From Lama glama (taxonomy: Eukaryota): a DNA stretch of 64,000 bases. Shown piece after piece: positions 62,751 to 64,000 of this stretch. How positions within the stretch are numbered: the first letter of the stretch is position 1; each line of letters starts with the position of its first letter. Made by a program: the position numbers and the translations under genes. The stretch is from NCBI GenBank assembly GCA_028534125.1, contig CM052818.1, forward strand, positions 41,542,001-41,606,000, in the 5' to 3' direction. The notes under the pieces are model-generated. The model did no database searches and was not told the DNA's origin. It saw only the letters and a list, made by a program, of their open reading frames with translations.

Positions 62751-63596
62751 AGAGGAACAGGTGGGTAGGAGGAGACTGAATGAGAGACAAACTCAGGTAG
62801 CAGCTATGCTTACCCAACCCAAGCCCCAAGCCTCTGGACTAAAATCATAGATCCTCTACTTCGTTTTCTTACACAGACGCTGATACACAGTTCTCTCCTT
62901 TAGTCCCAGAGCATATCTTTCAGCACTGCCCACGGAATGACGTGGGCTTTCTGCATGCCCTCTCCAGCCAGTCGCATTGCACTTGGAGGTGGACCTGCTT
63001 ACTTGCTCTTAGCATCTAATAGAAGACACTGGTGTTGAGTTGAGTTAGTACTTTTGACAGTTGGAACTACTTCCAAATGGAAGCGTTTTGTCCCCAGAAG
63101 AGCTGCCTGTCTCTGAAAGCAGCAAGAAGAAGCTGGGTAAAGCCTGCTCGGCATGTTGGTTTGGCTGTCCCTTGACTTAAGTTCACCTGGGAAAGAACTC
63201 AGGATGCATCGTGACAGCTCTTGAGAGTGGCTTTGGCTACCTGAGTGTCTGTTTGAATTCCCTGTGAAAGGAGTGCAGAGCCTGGGGATTTTCTGAAATG
63301 TATTGCACTCAAGTTGGGGCTGAGCCAACGTGAGACCAGCTCAGGGACCATCTATACCCATCCCTTCCCCTACCCCGTGCCTCTTCCAGCCTCTTGTCAC
63401 TGTTCTGTGAAGAAAGGAAAACATGTCACTCTGTGCTGCCTTGAACCAAGAAGCATAGCATCCTGAACTTACTTTTGGGTTGAGAGCATGGGGAGAAATA
63501 AAAATGTTATTTTGACTATTAATATGAATATAGTCTCATAGAGAGCTGATTACGATTGAGACCATTATAAATAATGGCCAAAGCCTTTTTGAAGTA

Positions 63597-63928
63597 CAGA
63601 AAGCCCTCTGTACCTGTGGGTTCTGCACCCACAGATTCAACCAACTGCGGATCAAAAATATCCAGAAAGAAAAATTTCAGAGACTTCCAAAAGGCAAAAC
63701 TTGAATTTGTCACATGCCGGTCACTATTTACATCACATTTACATTGTATTAGGTATTATAAATGATCTAGAGACGATTTAAAGTATATGGGAGGATGGAA
63801 GGTCATAGGTAAATACTATGCCATTTTATGTAAGAGTCTCAAGCACCTGCAGATTTTGGTATGTGTGTGTGGTGGTGAGGTGGGGCGTGTTTCCTGAACC
63901 AGTCCCCTGCGGATACCAAGGACAACTG
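63597..63928 (-). mobile_element. MER2-family TcMar-Tigger MITE, complete
   Basis: TA target duplication (63595-63596, 63929-63930). Ends CAG...CTG with imperfect TIRs. Diagnostic body catttacattgtattaggtattataaatgatctagaga...ccattttatgtaag. Confidence 0.9.
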
Positions 63929-64000
63929 TACAGATCTGACATAGGAAATTTCAATTAAATTTTAAAACCCTTTATCTGGTGACGCTGTATGTCGGGCACT

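Noticed and set aside
1..64000. Remaining ORF-track entries (60-173 aa)
   Set aside because: Lengths are as expected by chance, many start at non-ATG codons or lie in L1/L2/MIR/LTR sequence, and none resembles a protein I recognise.

Overview
Ordinary-looking eutherian non-coding DNA (intergenic or deep intronic). It is most likely camelid (alpaca/llama/camel), inferred from three copies of a tRNA-Ala(AGC)-derived SINE resembling the camelid Vic-1 family, together with cetartiodactyl-type L1 3' ends. I cannot support any protein-coding gene: the ORF track is short, overlapping and largely inside repeats. The window is dominated by ancient mammalian repeats (L2, MIR, L3/CR1, old L1/HAL1, hAT and Tigger DNA-transposon relics, ERVL/MaLR LTRs), several with visible target-site duplications and nesting. 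Repeat-free stretches hold enhancer-like motif clusters, a CpG-rich patch near 25 kb, two oppositely oriented CTCF-like motifs and a few splice-site-bounded candidate exons on the minus strand. I found no convincing novel biological system. Repeat family names come from recalled consensus sequences, not a search, and boundaries of old elements are approximate.
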